Assembly (NCBI GenBank): GCA_010031735.1
Contig: RGZB01000004.1
Location: 24 to 64,023 of the forward strand
Direction of reading: 5' to 3'
Length of the DNA stretch: 64,000 bases
Origin: Pseudomonadota bacterium
GTDB lineage: Bacteria; Pseudomonadota; Alphaproteobacteria; Rickettsiales; RGZB01
In this document: positions 45,006 to 53,437 of the stretch, in pieces
Layout of the letters: every line of letters starts with the position of its first letter
How positions within the stretch are numbered: the stretch's first letter is position 1
Program-made: the position numbers and the translations under genes
Notes under the pieces: generated by a model
Databases searched by the model: none
Seen by the model: the letters and a program-made list of their open reading frames with translations, nothing else
Told to the model about the DNA's origin: nothing

Positions 45006-45251
45006 TTATTTTGCTAAACGCTGTTTTTCTTGCCAAGCCTTTACCTCTTTAGCTTTCCATCGTTTACCGCCCGTTGCCAATAGAACAGGCGCAGGGAATG
45101 TAGGCTTTGTGATTATAGAGTTTTGTACGGTCTTTTTCTTCAGTGACACATAGTCTGCAATATCTTGTGCAGTCCATAGTTCTTTGCTGCTGCTATGAAT
45201 CACGCGTAGATAATGCACTATCTTTTCCAGCATCAGTTCTTGTTGTCGCAT
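45006..45251 (-). CDS. small HTH protein downstream of int (excisionase/regulator-like)
   Basis: WTAQDIADYVSLKKKTVQNSIITKPTFPAPV...GGKRWKAKEVKAW. AAGGAG ribosome-binding site. Same operon as int. Confidence 0.5.
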   Translation of the reverse strand: MRQQELMLEKIVHYLRVIHSSSKELWTAQDIADYVSLKKKTVQNSIITKPTFPAPVLLATGGKRWKAKEVKAWQEKQRLAK

Positions 45252-45253
45252 AG

Positions 45254-46441
45254 TTAACTCCTTTTAGACTCTGGGTTCTCACAAAAATCCGCCCAATGCT
45301 GCATCATCGCCCGGCGTTCAGATAAGTATTCAGCACGGTTATAGGCGGCACGCACTTTATTTCGTTCGGCATGAGCAAGCTGACGCTCGATTACATCTGG
45401 CTTGAACCCCATTTCATTCAAAGCGGTTGAAGCAAGCGCACGGAAGCCATGACCCACCATCTTGCCCTTATATCCCATGCGCTTCAGCACCACATTCACC
45501 GTGTTCTCGCTCATGATAGGATTCTTCTGGCGATTTTGAGAGGGAAAGAGATAGGGGCTGTAACCCGTGAGTTGCTGCAGCTCTTTAAGTAACGCGATGG
45601 TTTGCTTAGCCAAGGGTACAATATGCCTCTCACGCATTTTGGTATTCTCAGCGGGTATCCGCCATTCTTTTGCCTTCCAGTCGATATGCTCCCACATCGC
45701 ACGACGCATCTCACCCTGACGAACAAAGGTGAGTAGCAGTAGTTTAATCGCAATCTTGTTTTGCTCGGTGGTTTCTACCTTCTGTAGTTTCTTAAGTAGA
45801 TCGGGTATTGCCTGGGCCGTGAGCGCAGGGTAGTTCGATGCCTTGTGAGAGTCGAGAGCACCTTGCAGGTCAGCGGCAGGATTATACTCTGCAAACCCAC
45901 TGGCTATCGCATAACGAAATACGGCCACACAGTTCTGTAAGATGCGGTGGGATAATTCGGTTGCTCCGCGGTTTTCTACTTTGCGGATGGCATCCAACAC
46001 TTCGGCAGGCTTAATTTCTTTGATCGGTCGTTTGCCTATCTCAGGGAAGATATTATGTTCAAGCCGACGCAGTATCTTTGCACCATGTATGGGTGTCCAT
46101 TTGGCTATATTCTTTTGGTGCCATTTTCTGGCGAGTGCTTCGAAGGTATTTTCTGCCCCTAGGATAGCCTGACGCTTTTCTTCTTTCTTAACGTGACTAG
46201 GGTCGTCGCCTTTTTCCAGTAGCTTCTTCGCATCCGAGCACCTATCACGCGCAACTTTTAAACTTACCTCTGGATAGATGCCAAGTGCCAGCAGCTTTTC
46301 CTTGCCAAGTACGCGGTATTTCATCCGCCAGTACTTCGACCCGTTAGGATGCACAAGCAAGAACATACCTTCACCATCGGACAGCTTGTAGGGCTTATCT
46401 TTTGTTTTGGCGGTCTTGATCTTGATTTCGGTTAGTGGCAT
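45254..46441 (-). CDS. int: tyrosine recombinase, P4-type integrase
   Basis: MPLTEIKIKTAKTKDKPYKLSDGEGMFLLVHPNGSKYWRMKYR (the DUF4102-type N-terminus), and a catalytic region HGFRALAST...LAHAERNKVRAAY. Start trimmed to MPLTE. Confidence 0.9.
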   Translation of the reverse strand: MPLTEIKIKTAKTKDKPYKLSDGEGMFLLVHPNGSKYWRMKYRVLGKEKLLALGIYPEVSLKVARDRCSDAKKLLEKGDDPSHVKKEEKRQAILGAENTFEALARKWHQKNIAKWTPIHGAKILRRLEHNIFPEIGKRPIKEIKPAEVLDAIRKVENRGATELSHRILQNCVAVFRYAIASGFAEYNPAADLQGALDSHKASNYPALTAQAIPDLLKKLQKVETTEQNKIAIKLLLLTFVRQGEMRRAMWEHIDWKAKEWRIPAENTKMRERHIVPLAKQTIALLKELQQLTGYSPYLFPSQNRQKNPIMSENTVNVVLKRMGYKGKMVGHGFRALASTALNEMGFKPDVIERQLAHAERNKVRAAYNRAEYLSERRAMMQHWADFCENPESKRS

Positions 46442-46463
46442 GGCTGGGGGTATATCCCGGTTA

Positions 46464-46489
46464 TATACCCCCATTTATACCCCCAATTG
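46464..46489. repeat. island-arm repeat tatacccccatttatacccccaattg, copy 2
   Basis: Matches 39200-39225. Lies immediately upstream of int. Confidence 0.7.
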
Positions 46490-46598
46490 TTTAGGCTGTA
46501 AACGAACAAAAGTGAACAGGGATGAACAAATCATCCTTGTTTTATAAGTGTTTTAAGCTATATTGGTGAACCTACACGAACGTAGGCGAATCAAGAAA

Positions 46599-46683
46599 TG
46601 GTGCCCGGAAGAGGACTCGAACCTCCAAGTCTCGCGACACTAGTACCTGAAACTAGCGCGTCTACCAATTCCGCCATCCGGGC
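46599..46683 (-). tRNA. tRNA-Leu (anticodon CAG)
   Basis: The reverse complement reads gcccggatggcggaattggtagacgcgctagtttcaggtactagtgtcgcgagacttggaggttcgagtcctcttccgggcacca. It has a long variable arm and an encoded CCA. Confidence 0.9.
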
Positions 46684-46862
46684 ACATGGTAGGGCCTTTA
46701 AAAACCGGCCTTTAGAGGGCGCTTACTATCCCCACTTGCCCCCTGATTGTCAAGTCCTATGGCGGGCTTGGCCTTAGGGGTGCATAAAGAAGGTTTTCCG
46801 CCCAAACATCAAATTCTTGTTGGAATTACCCCCGCGCTTGCCTAATATCCTTCCTCGAACCT

Positions 46863-47816
46863 ATGGCAAAGAAAACAACCACCAACGACGTACTCGATAA
46901 AAACAACCCGCTCTCCGCTCTCAGGGCCGAGATCGACGGGATTGACGACAAATTGCTTGCCTTGCTCGTGGAGCGCGCAAAAGTCGTGGAGAAAGTCGGT
47001 AAGGTCAAAGCCTCGATGGCGCCGGCTGAGGGCAAACGCAGTATCATCCGCCCGGGCCGGGAAGCGCGTATGGTCCGCCGTATGGTCAAGGAAAGCGATG
47101 GTAAGCTGCCGCCGACCGTGGTCGCGCATCTCTGGCGTACGATCATCTCGAGTGCGATCAACATCGAAGAACACGCCAACATCTCGGCAGTCGCCACCCA
47201 TGAGAACAGCGAGTGCTATTGGATGGCGCGCGAATATTTCGGTGCCTTCACCCCGACCACCAAACGTTCGAGCACCATGGAAGTGGTGCGCGACATCGTC
47301 GAAGAGCGCGCCACCGTCGGCGTGCTGCCGGTGTGGGACGAGGAATCCCCCAAACCGTGGTGGACCCGGTTGGTCGATACCGAAAACCCGCCCTATGTAT
47401 TTGCGAAACTACCGTTCATCAAACTCGCACCTTCCAAAAAATCCCCGATGTTCAGCATCGGCTACGTGCAGCCGGAAGCCACCGATGATGACCACAGTCT
47501 TTACGTGTTGCTGCTCGAGGAAACCATCACCTTCGATTCCGCCAAACCCCATGTCGAGGAAATCCTAAAAGTGCCTTTTACCGTGATTGAACATTATCGC
47601 CAGGTGGGATCGCCGAACATGCGCTATTATCTACTCGATTTCGAAGATTACATCGATCCGAAGGATGCGCGCCTTGCGGCCTGCACGGACAGGCTCAATA
47701 AAAAATATGCAAAGAATGCAAATGCCAGACTGCAATTCCTCGGTGCATATGCATCGCCGATCGTGATCGGTACGGAAGCAGGTGAAGAAGAGGCGCCAAA
47801 TGTCAAAGCCCAATAA
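46863..47816 (+). CDS. chorismate mutase family protein with a prephenate-dehydratase-like C-terminal region
   Basis: LSALRAEIDGIDDKLLALLVERAKVVEKVGKVK...IIRPGREARMVRRM (CM type 2). Lies upstream of hisC. Confidence 0.7.
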   Translation: MAKKTTTNDVLDKNNPLSALRAEIDGIDDKLLALLVERAKVVEKVGKVKASMAPAEGKRSIIRPGREARMVRRMVKESDGKLPPTVVAHLWRTIISSAINIEEHANISAVATHENSECYWMAREYFGAFTPTTKRSSTMEVVRDIVEERATVGVLPVWDEESPKPWWTRLVDTENPPYVFAKLPFIKLAPSKKSPMFSIGYVQPEATDDDHSLYVLLLEETITFDSAKPHVEEILKVPFTVIEHYRQVGSPNMRYYLLDFEDYIDPKDARLAACTDRLNKKYAKNANARLQFLGAYASPIVIGTEAGEEEAPNVKAQ

Positions 47817-48915
47817 AGCCGGCCCCAGATTACGCATCGCCCTTTCTACGCTCGAGAAGATCGAGCCGTATAAACCCGGCGTTTCACGTATCGAAGGGGT
47901 AGCAAACCCGATGAAGCTTTCCTCGAACGAGAATCCGTTCGGGCCATCGCCGAAAGCAATCAAAGCGGTCGAGAAATCGACACTCAAGATGCACCGCTAT
48001 CCGGAAGGTTCATCGAAGGTGCTGCGCGATGCGCTCGCGGAGAAACATGGCATCGATGCCGAACGCATCGTATGCGGTGCGGGTTCGGATAACATCCTGG
48101 AGCTGCTATGCCAGGCATATGCCGGGGTCGGGGATGAAGTGCTGTATTCCGAGCACGGTTTCCTGATCTACCCGATCGCTGCACTGCGCGTGGGGGCAAC
48201 CCCGGTCAAGGCGCCGGAGAAGAACCTGACGACGGATGTGAGTGCGCTCCTTAAAGCCGTGACGGATAAAACCAAGATCGTATTCATCGCCAATCCGAAC
48301 AATCCGACCGGGAGCTATCTGACGCGCGGTGAAGTGAAGATGCTGCGCGATAAATTGCCGCCGCACATTCTGCTCGTAATCGATTGTGCGTACGCGGAAT
48401 ACGTCACCGAGAAAGATTACACGACCGGCTTGGAGCTCGTGGCAGAGACCGAGAATACAGCAGTGACCTTCACCTTCTCGAAGATTTATGGGCTTGCCTC
48501 GCTTCGCGTGGGTTGGGGCTATCTCCCGACCGCGGTGGTGGATTATGTCAACCGCATCCGCAGCCCGTTCAACGTGTCCGAGCAAGGGCAGGTGGCGGCC
48601 GTGGCGGCACTGAAAGACAACGAGTTCGTGAAGAAATCGCGCGAGCACAACACGAAATGGCGTGACTGGCTGACGCATGAGCTTTCCAAACTCGGCATCA
48701 AAGTGAACCCGAGCCAAGGTAACTTCATCCTGGCTGAATTCCCCTCCGATAAACGCCGCAATGCCGATTCGGCGAATAGCTTCCTGCAGAGCCGCGGTAT
48801 CATCGTACGTGCCGTGAAAGGCTACGGGCTGCCGGATCACCTGCGGATCTCGATTGGCTTAGAGGAAGAAGTGCGCGCGGTGCAAGAAGCCCTCGAAGAA
48901 TTCATGAAGCGTTAA
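47800..48915 (+). CDS. hisC: histidinol-phosphate aminotransferase
   Basis: KLSSNENPFGPSP...NPNNPTGSY...FSKIYGLASLRVGWG. Confidence 0.9.
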   Translation: MSKPNKAGPRLRIALSTLEKIEPYKPGVSRIEGVANPMKLSSNENPFGPSPKAIKAVEKSTLKMHRYPEGSSKVLRDALAEKHGIDAERIVCGAGSDNILELLCQAYAGVGDEVLYSEHGFLIYPIAALRVGATPVKAPEKNLTTDVSALLKAVTDKTKIVFIANPNNPTGSYLTRGEVKMLRDKLPPHILLVIDCAYAEYVTEKDYTTGLELVAETENTAVTFTFSKIYGLASLRVGWGYLPTAVVDYVNRIRSPFNVSEQGQVAAVAALKDNEFVKKSREHNTKWRDWLTHELSKLGIKVNPSQGNFILAEFPSDKRRNADSANSFLQSRGIIVRAVKGYGLPDHLRISIGLEEEVRAVQEALEEFMKR

Positions 48916-49021
48916 GTCCCGGCTTAAGGCAATACGCGATAATACGAGACATCGTAGCTCCGATGTGCTAATCAAAAAATGACCACATGCTTATAGAGGC
49001 ATCAAACCTGAGGGGGACGTC

Positions 49022-49705
49022 ATGGCTCATTACGTAATCACCGTTGCACAACAAAAAGGCGGCGCCGGCAAAACCACGGTCGCAGCTCATCTCGCGATTG
49101 CTTTCAGCCAGATGGGCAAGAAAGTCGCCGCGATCGACGTCGACCCGCAAGGGAGCCTGACCGCATGGCACACCATCCGCGAGAAACGTTTTGGCGAGGG
49201 CTTCACCGGTGTCAATTTCACCGCACTTTCCGGCTGGAAACTCGGGGCCGAGATCGACCGCCTGAAAAGTGACTACGATATCATCGTGATTGACTCTCCG
49301 CCGCATACGGAAACCGAAGCGAAGACCGCGATCCGTTCCGCTGACCTCGTGGTGATCCCGATGCAGCCATCGCCGACCGACCTGTGGGCGACCAAAAGCA
49401 CCATCGAACTGACGCGTAAAGACGGTATCGAAGCCTATATCCTGCTCAACCGTATGCCGCCATCGGGCAAGCTTGCCGCGGCGATCGCAAAAGACCTTCC
49501 GCACCGTCTGAAGACGGAGCTGCACAACCGTGTGGCGTATCAATCCTGCCTGCTCGAAGGCCGTGCGGTGACGGAAACCGCACCCTCCGGTGATGCGGCA
49601 AAAGAAATCCGTGCACTCGTGCAGGAAGTGGTGAAGCTCATGGAAAAATCCTCTGGTGAAAAACCCGAGACCAAAAGCACCAAAAGCAAATCCAAAGCTG
49701 GCTAG
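49022..49705 (+). CDS. ParA/MinD-family ATPase
   Basis: Deviant Walker A QQKGGAGKTT, and IIVIDSPP. Confidence 0.85.
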   Translation: MAHYVITVAQQKGGAGKTTVAAHLAIAFSQMGKKVAAIDVDPQGSLTAWHTIREKRFGEGFTGVNFTALSGWKLGAEIDRLKSDYDIIVIDSPPHTETEAKTAIRSADLVVIPMQPSPTDLWATKSTIELTRKDGIEAYILLNRMPPSGKLAAAIAKDLPHRLKTELHNRVAYQSCLLEGRAVTETAPSGDAAKEIRALVQEVVKLMEKSSGEKPETKSTKSKSKAG

Positions 49706-49718
49706 AAGGTCGCGCTAG

Positions 49719-50801
49719 ATGGCAGACGACGATCAGCAGACAGAGAAGACAGAAGAACCTAGTCAACGACGGATAAAAGAAGCCGTCGAACGAGGTCAGG
49801 TTGTTTTTTCACGGGAAGTCACCAACTTCCTAATCTTCGTTGTCTTTGCACTCCTGATTTCCTGGATGTCGCCCTACATCATGCATACGACGGCGGACCG
49901 GATGGTGCGCTACATCGAATCCCCAGACGATATCCGCATCGACGAACGCACGTTCGGCACGCTGTGTATGCGTCTTATGGGCGATCTGTTCATGATCGTG
50001 ATGCCGCCGGCGATATTGGTGATCGTGGTGGTGGTCGGCTCCGCACTGCTGCAGCATGGGTTCAACATCTCGTGGGAACCGGTCATGCCGAAACTCGAGA
50101 AGATCTCCCTCATGAAGGGTATCAAGCGCCTTTTCTCGATGCGTTCAGTGGTGGAACTGATCAAAGGTATCATCAAGATATCGGTGATCGGTATTGTTTC
50201 GTACATGGTGGTGATGCCGCAACTCGTACGGATGGACCAGATGACCTCGTACGATATGCAGGCGATCCTGATGTTCCTTGGCACCATGTCGTTCCGCGTG
50301 GTGCTCGGTGCCTGTATCGTGATGGGCTTCATCGCGGCACTCGATTATCTCTACCAGCGCTATGAATACCTGAAGTCGCTCCGCATGACACGCCAGGAAC
50401 TCAAGGAAGAATTCAAACAGACGGAAGGTGACCCGACCGTGAAAGCACGTCTCAGGCAGATCCGTATGGAGCGTGCCCGTAAGCGCATGATGACGGCCGT
50501 GCCGAAAGCCGACGTGGTGATCACGAACCCGACGCACTTCGCGATCGCGCTCAAATATGACCAGGGCACGATGGTGGCACCCGTGGTGGTGGCGAAAGGT
50601 CAGGATCTGATTGCGCTGCAGATCCGTAAGATCGCCGAAGAACACAAGGTACCGGTGGTGGAGAACAAACCGCTCGCCCGTGCGCTGTTCGATGCGGTGG
50701 AGCTGGATAAGGAAATCCCGATCGAGTTCTACCAGGCCGTAGCAGAGGTGATCGGTTACGTCTACCGCCTGAAGGGTAAGCAGGCCGGCAAAGCGGCTTG
50801 A
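49719..50801 (+). CDS. flhB: flagellar type III export protein FlhB
   Basis: QQTEKTEEPSQRRIKEAVERGQV...MTRQELKEEFKQTEGDP, and the NPTH autocleavage site (VITNPTHFAIAL). Confidence 0.95.
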   Translation: MADDDQQTEKTEEPSQRRIKEAVERGQVVFSREVTNFLIFVVFALLISWMSPYIMHTTADRMVRYIESPDDIRIDERTFGTLCMRLMGDLFMIVMPPAILVIVVVVGSALLQHGFNISWEPVMPKLEKISLMKGIKRLFSMRSVVELIKGIIKISVIGIVSYMVVMPQLVRMDQMTSYDMQAILMFLGTMSFRVVLGACIVMGFIAALDYLYQRYEYLKSLRMTRQELKEEFKQTEGDPTVKARLRQIRMERARKRMMTAVPKADVVITNPTHFAIALKYDQGTMVAPVVVAKGQDLIALQIRKIAEEHKVPVVENKPLARALFDAVELDKEIPIEFYQAVAEVIGYVYRLKGKQAGKAA

Positions 50802-50855
50802 AGAATTTCCCCGCTAACCCTTGAATTTTTAGTCGATTTCTCCTACATATAAGGC

Positions 50856-53435
50856 ATGTTCAACCGCCTCTCTGACTTCAAGGATTTCCTGCGTCAGGAA
50901 AATGACGATTTCGTCGTTCGCAAGATCGGCCCGTCACAACCCGTGCTGGGCGGTGTTTTCGGCGTGTGCTTCCTTGTGCTTCTGGCGGCGGGCTATAACG
51001 TCCGCGAACTCGGGGAAACCAACCTTATCGCGCTCATCACGGCGGTATTTCTCGGGCTTACCATCTATATGGTGCTCCAGATCGGCCGTGTAAACGAACA
51101 AGTGCTCGCAAGTGATTTTGAGAATGCGCTCTTCGCCGGCAGTGCAGCAGCCGGTACGGAATTCTGCGTCGTCGTGAAAGACGGCGGCGAAATCGTGTAT
51201 ATCAGCCCGGGCTTCAAGAAGTTCTTCAAACAGGATAAGGGCGTCATGAGCAATACGATCGACTGGCTTCTCCTGTCGATCAATGTGCCGGAACAAGAAC
51301 GCACGAACCTGACGATGGCGTTCAAACAAAAAACATTGGGTCAAGGCTATTTCGAACACACGGATGCCTTTGGTCTGGTACGTAAAACGCAGGTGACGAT
51401 CGAACCACTGCCGCGCCCGAAAGGGTACGCGATCTTGAAAGCCCTGAAACCGTATGTCGCGGTGCCGGAAACGGTCAAAGGGGATGTGGCGACCAATACG
51501 CTGCCTTCCAACTTCTTCACGCTGATGGATGCACTGCCGATCGGTGCCTATATCCTGACGCCGCAGAACACGCTTTCGTACGCGAACCCGATTCTGGCAG
51601 AGACGCTCGGCTATAGCGTGGCAGAAATCACCAACGGCAAATTCGATTGGGCGCAGATGGTATTCGGCAGTGAATCCATGGGTGCACCGCCGACTTCCTG
51701 GCAGGGCGAAACGGCACTGCGCGGCAAAGACAAAAAACCGATCAAGGCATTCGTGAGCCAACTCTTGATCGACGATGGCAAACCCGGCGAGCAGGGGCTG
51801 CGCATCGGGTTTGCGCGCGTGATCAAATCGTCGGTGGGCGTTCCGACCGGTGGCGGCGCACCTTCGAGCGAATTCATGGAAAAATCGCCCATCGCACTCG
51901 GCATCATCGACGGCGAAGGCAAAGTGATTTACAGCAACCCGGCACTCCGCAAGATCGCGGCGAAAACAGATGATGAGAAGGCGGGTTGGTATTTTGTGCA
52001 ATCCGTGCACCCGGAGAAGAAGACCGATATCAACCAATGGCTGAAGGAAGGTAAGAACCCCAAAACCTTCCAGAAGAAGAACACGCCGCTCGATATCGTG
52101 CTGCAAGCAAAACAAGGGGCCGTTACGGCCTCTCTCTATTTGACGCCACTCCATAACGATACGATGGAAGAGCCGAAATTCCTGATCTCGCTCATCGATA
52201 CCACGGAATTCAAGAATCTCGAGCAGCGTATGGTACACTCGCAGAAGATGCAAGCCGTGGGTCAGCTCGCGGGTGGCATCGCACACGACTTCAACAACCT
52301 GCTCACCGCTATCATGGGCTTCTGCGATCTGCTGTTGATCCGTCACCCGGCGGGCGATCCGTCGTTTGCGGATATCATGCAGGTGAAACAGAACTCCAAC
52401 CGTGCGGCGAACCTGGTGCGCCAGCTGCTCGCATTCTCGCGCAAGCAGACGTTACAGCCAGAAGTGATCGACGTGACGGATGCACTCGCTGAACTGACGA
52501 ACCTGATCCGCCGCCTGATCGGCGAGAACATCGAACTGAAATTCACGCATGGTCGCGACCTCTATCCCGTGAAGGTTGATCAGGGCCAGCTCGAACAGGT
52601 CGTGATCAACCTGGCGGTGAATGCGCGTGATGCGATGAAGGAAAAGGGTGGCGTACTTGCCATTAAAACACAGAACGTCGTGATCGATAACGACCATCCG
52701 GTTGCCAAAGACCTCGTGCCACCGGCAGAGGATGAAGTCATCACCGAAGGTGAATATGTGCTGATCGAAGTGATCGATACCGGCCATGGCATCCCGCCCA
52801 ATATCGTGACCAAGATCTTCGAACCGTTCTTCTCGACGAAGGAAGTGGGTAGCGGCACGGGGCTTGGTCTTGCAACTGTATACGGTATCGTGAAGCAGAC
52901 CGGTGGTTACATCTATGTCACGAGTGCGGTAGGTAAGGGTACGAAGTTCAGTATCTACCTCAAGCGTGCGCAGGATGTGGAAGCGGCTGCAGCAAAAGAA
53001 GCGAAGAAGGCCGAAAGCGAGAAGGATACGGCAGGCTCTGACCTTACCGGGGCTGGCACCATCCTGCTCGTAGAGGATGAAGATCCGGTCCGGGTGTTCA
53101 GTGCGCGTGCGCTGCGCAACAAAGGATACCATGTGCTCGAGGCGGATTGCGGTGAAGCCGCTCTTCGCGTGATGGAGGAAAAAGGCATGAGCATCGAACT
53201 CATCATCACCGACGTGGTGATGCCGGGTATCAATGGCCCGACGATGGTGGAAGAAGTGATGCGTAAATTCAAGGACATCAATGTGATCTTCATCTCAGGC
53301 TACGCAGAAGATGCGTTCGTGAAAACCTACGGTTCAGAGCGTAAATTCAACTTCCTGCCGAAGCCTTACACACTGAAGCAACTGGCGACCAAGGTGAAGG
53401 ACGTGATGGACGCACGCAAGGAAAACAAAGCGTAA
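50856..53435 (+). CDS. cckA: hybrid sensor histidine kinase / response regulator, CckA-like
   Basis: Two N-terminal TM segments, PAS-like regions, H-box GGIAHDFNNLLTAIMG, HATPase (DTGHGIP...GTGLGLA) and a C-terminal receiver (LLVEDEDPVR...DVVMPG). Confidence 0.7.
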   Translation: MFNRLSDFKDFLRQENDDFVVRKIGPSQPVLGGVFGVCFLVLLAAGYNVRELGETNLIALITAVFLGLTIYMVLQIGRVNEQVLASDFENALFAGSAAAGTEFCVVVKDGGEIVYISPGFKKFFKQDKGVMSNTIDWLLLSINVPEQERTNLTMAFKQKTLGQGYFEHTDAFGLVRKTQVTIEPLPRPKGYAILKALKPYVAVPETVKGDVATNTLPSNFFTLMDALPIGAYILTPQNTLSYANPILAETLGYSVAEITNGKFDWAQMVFGSESMGAPPTSWQGETALRGKDKKPIKAFVSQLLIDDGKPGEQGLRIGFARVIKSSVGVPTGGGAPSSEFMEKSPIALGIIDGEGKVIYSNPALRKIAAKTDDEKAGWYFVQSVHPEKKTDINQWLKEGKNPKTFQKKNTPLDIVLQAKQGAVTASLYLTPLHNDTMEEPKFLISLIDTTEFKNLEQRMVHSQKMQAVGQLAGGIAHDFNNLLTAIMGFCDLLLIRHPAGDPSFADIMQVKQNSNRAANLVRQLLAFSRKQTLQPEVIDVTDALAELTNLIRRLIGENIELKFTHGRDLYPVKVDQGQLEQVVINLAVNARDAMKEKGGVLAIKTQNVVIDNDHPVAKDLVPPAEDEVITEGEYVLIEVIDTGHGIPPNIVTKIFEPFFSTKEVGSGTGLGLATVYGIVKQTGGYIYVTSAVGKGTKFSIYLKRAQDVEAAAAKEAKKAESEKDTAGSDLTGAGTILLVEDEDPVRVFSARALRNKGYHVLEADCGEAALRVMEEKGMSIELIITDVVMPGINGPTMVEEVMRKFKDINVIFISGYAEDAFVKTYGSERKFNFLPKPYTLKQLATKVKDVMDARKENKA

Positions 53436-53437
53436 TA

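Larger units (their letters stand above)
39122..46617. mobile_element. P4-type integrative island (satellite/PICI-like) inserted at the 3' end of tRNA-Leu
   Basis: Direct repeats aaatggtgcc(c)ggaagaggact at 39122-39142 and 46596-46617 (the tRNA 3' end). Contains an integrase, Xis-like and AlpA-like HTH proteins, a toprim primase and a DUF3631 ATPase. Visibly more AT-rich than the flanks. Confidence 0.85.

Noticed and set aside
45254-46474. The integrase ORF start at 46474 (MGVYNRDIPPA...).
   Set aside because: That extension reads through the TACCCCCA arm repeat. MPLTEIKIK at 46441 is the canonical P4-type integrase N-terminus.
50934-52346. A 470-aa antisense ORF inside the cckA-like gene. 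Similar long antisense ORFs occur in glyA, uvrB, der, ribD and the MscS gene.
   Set aside because: The sense-strand genes have unmistakable motifs. The antisense products are Arg/His/Asp-rich nonsense of the kind typical of GC-rich antisense frames.
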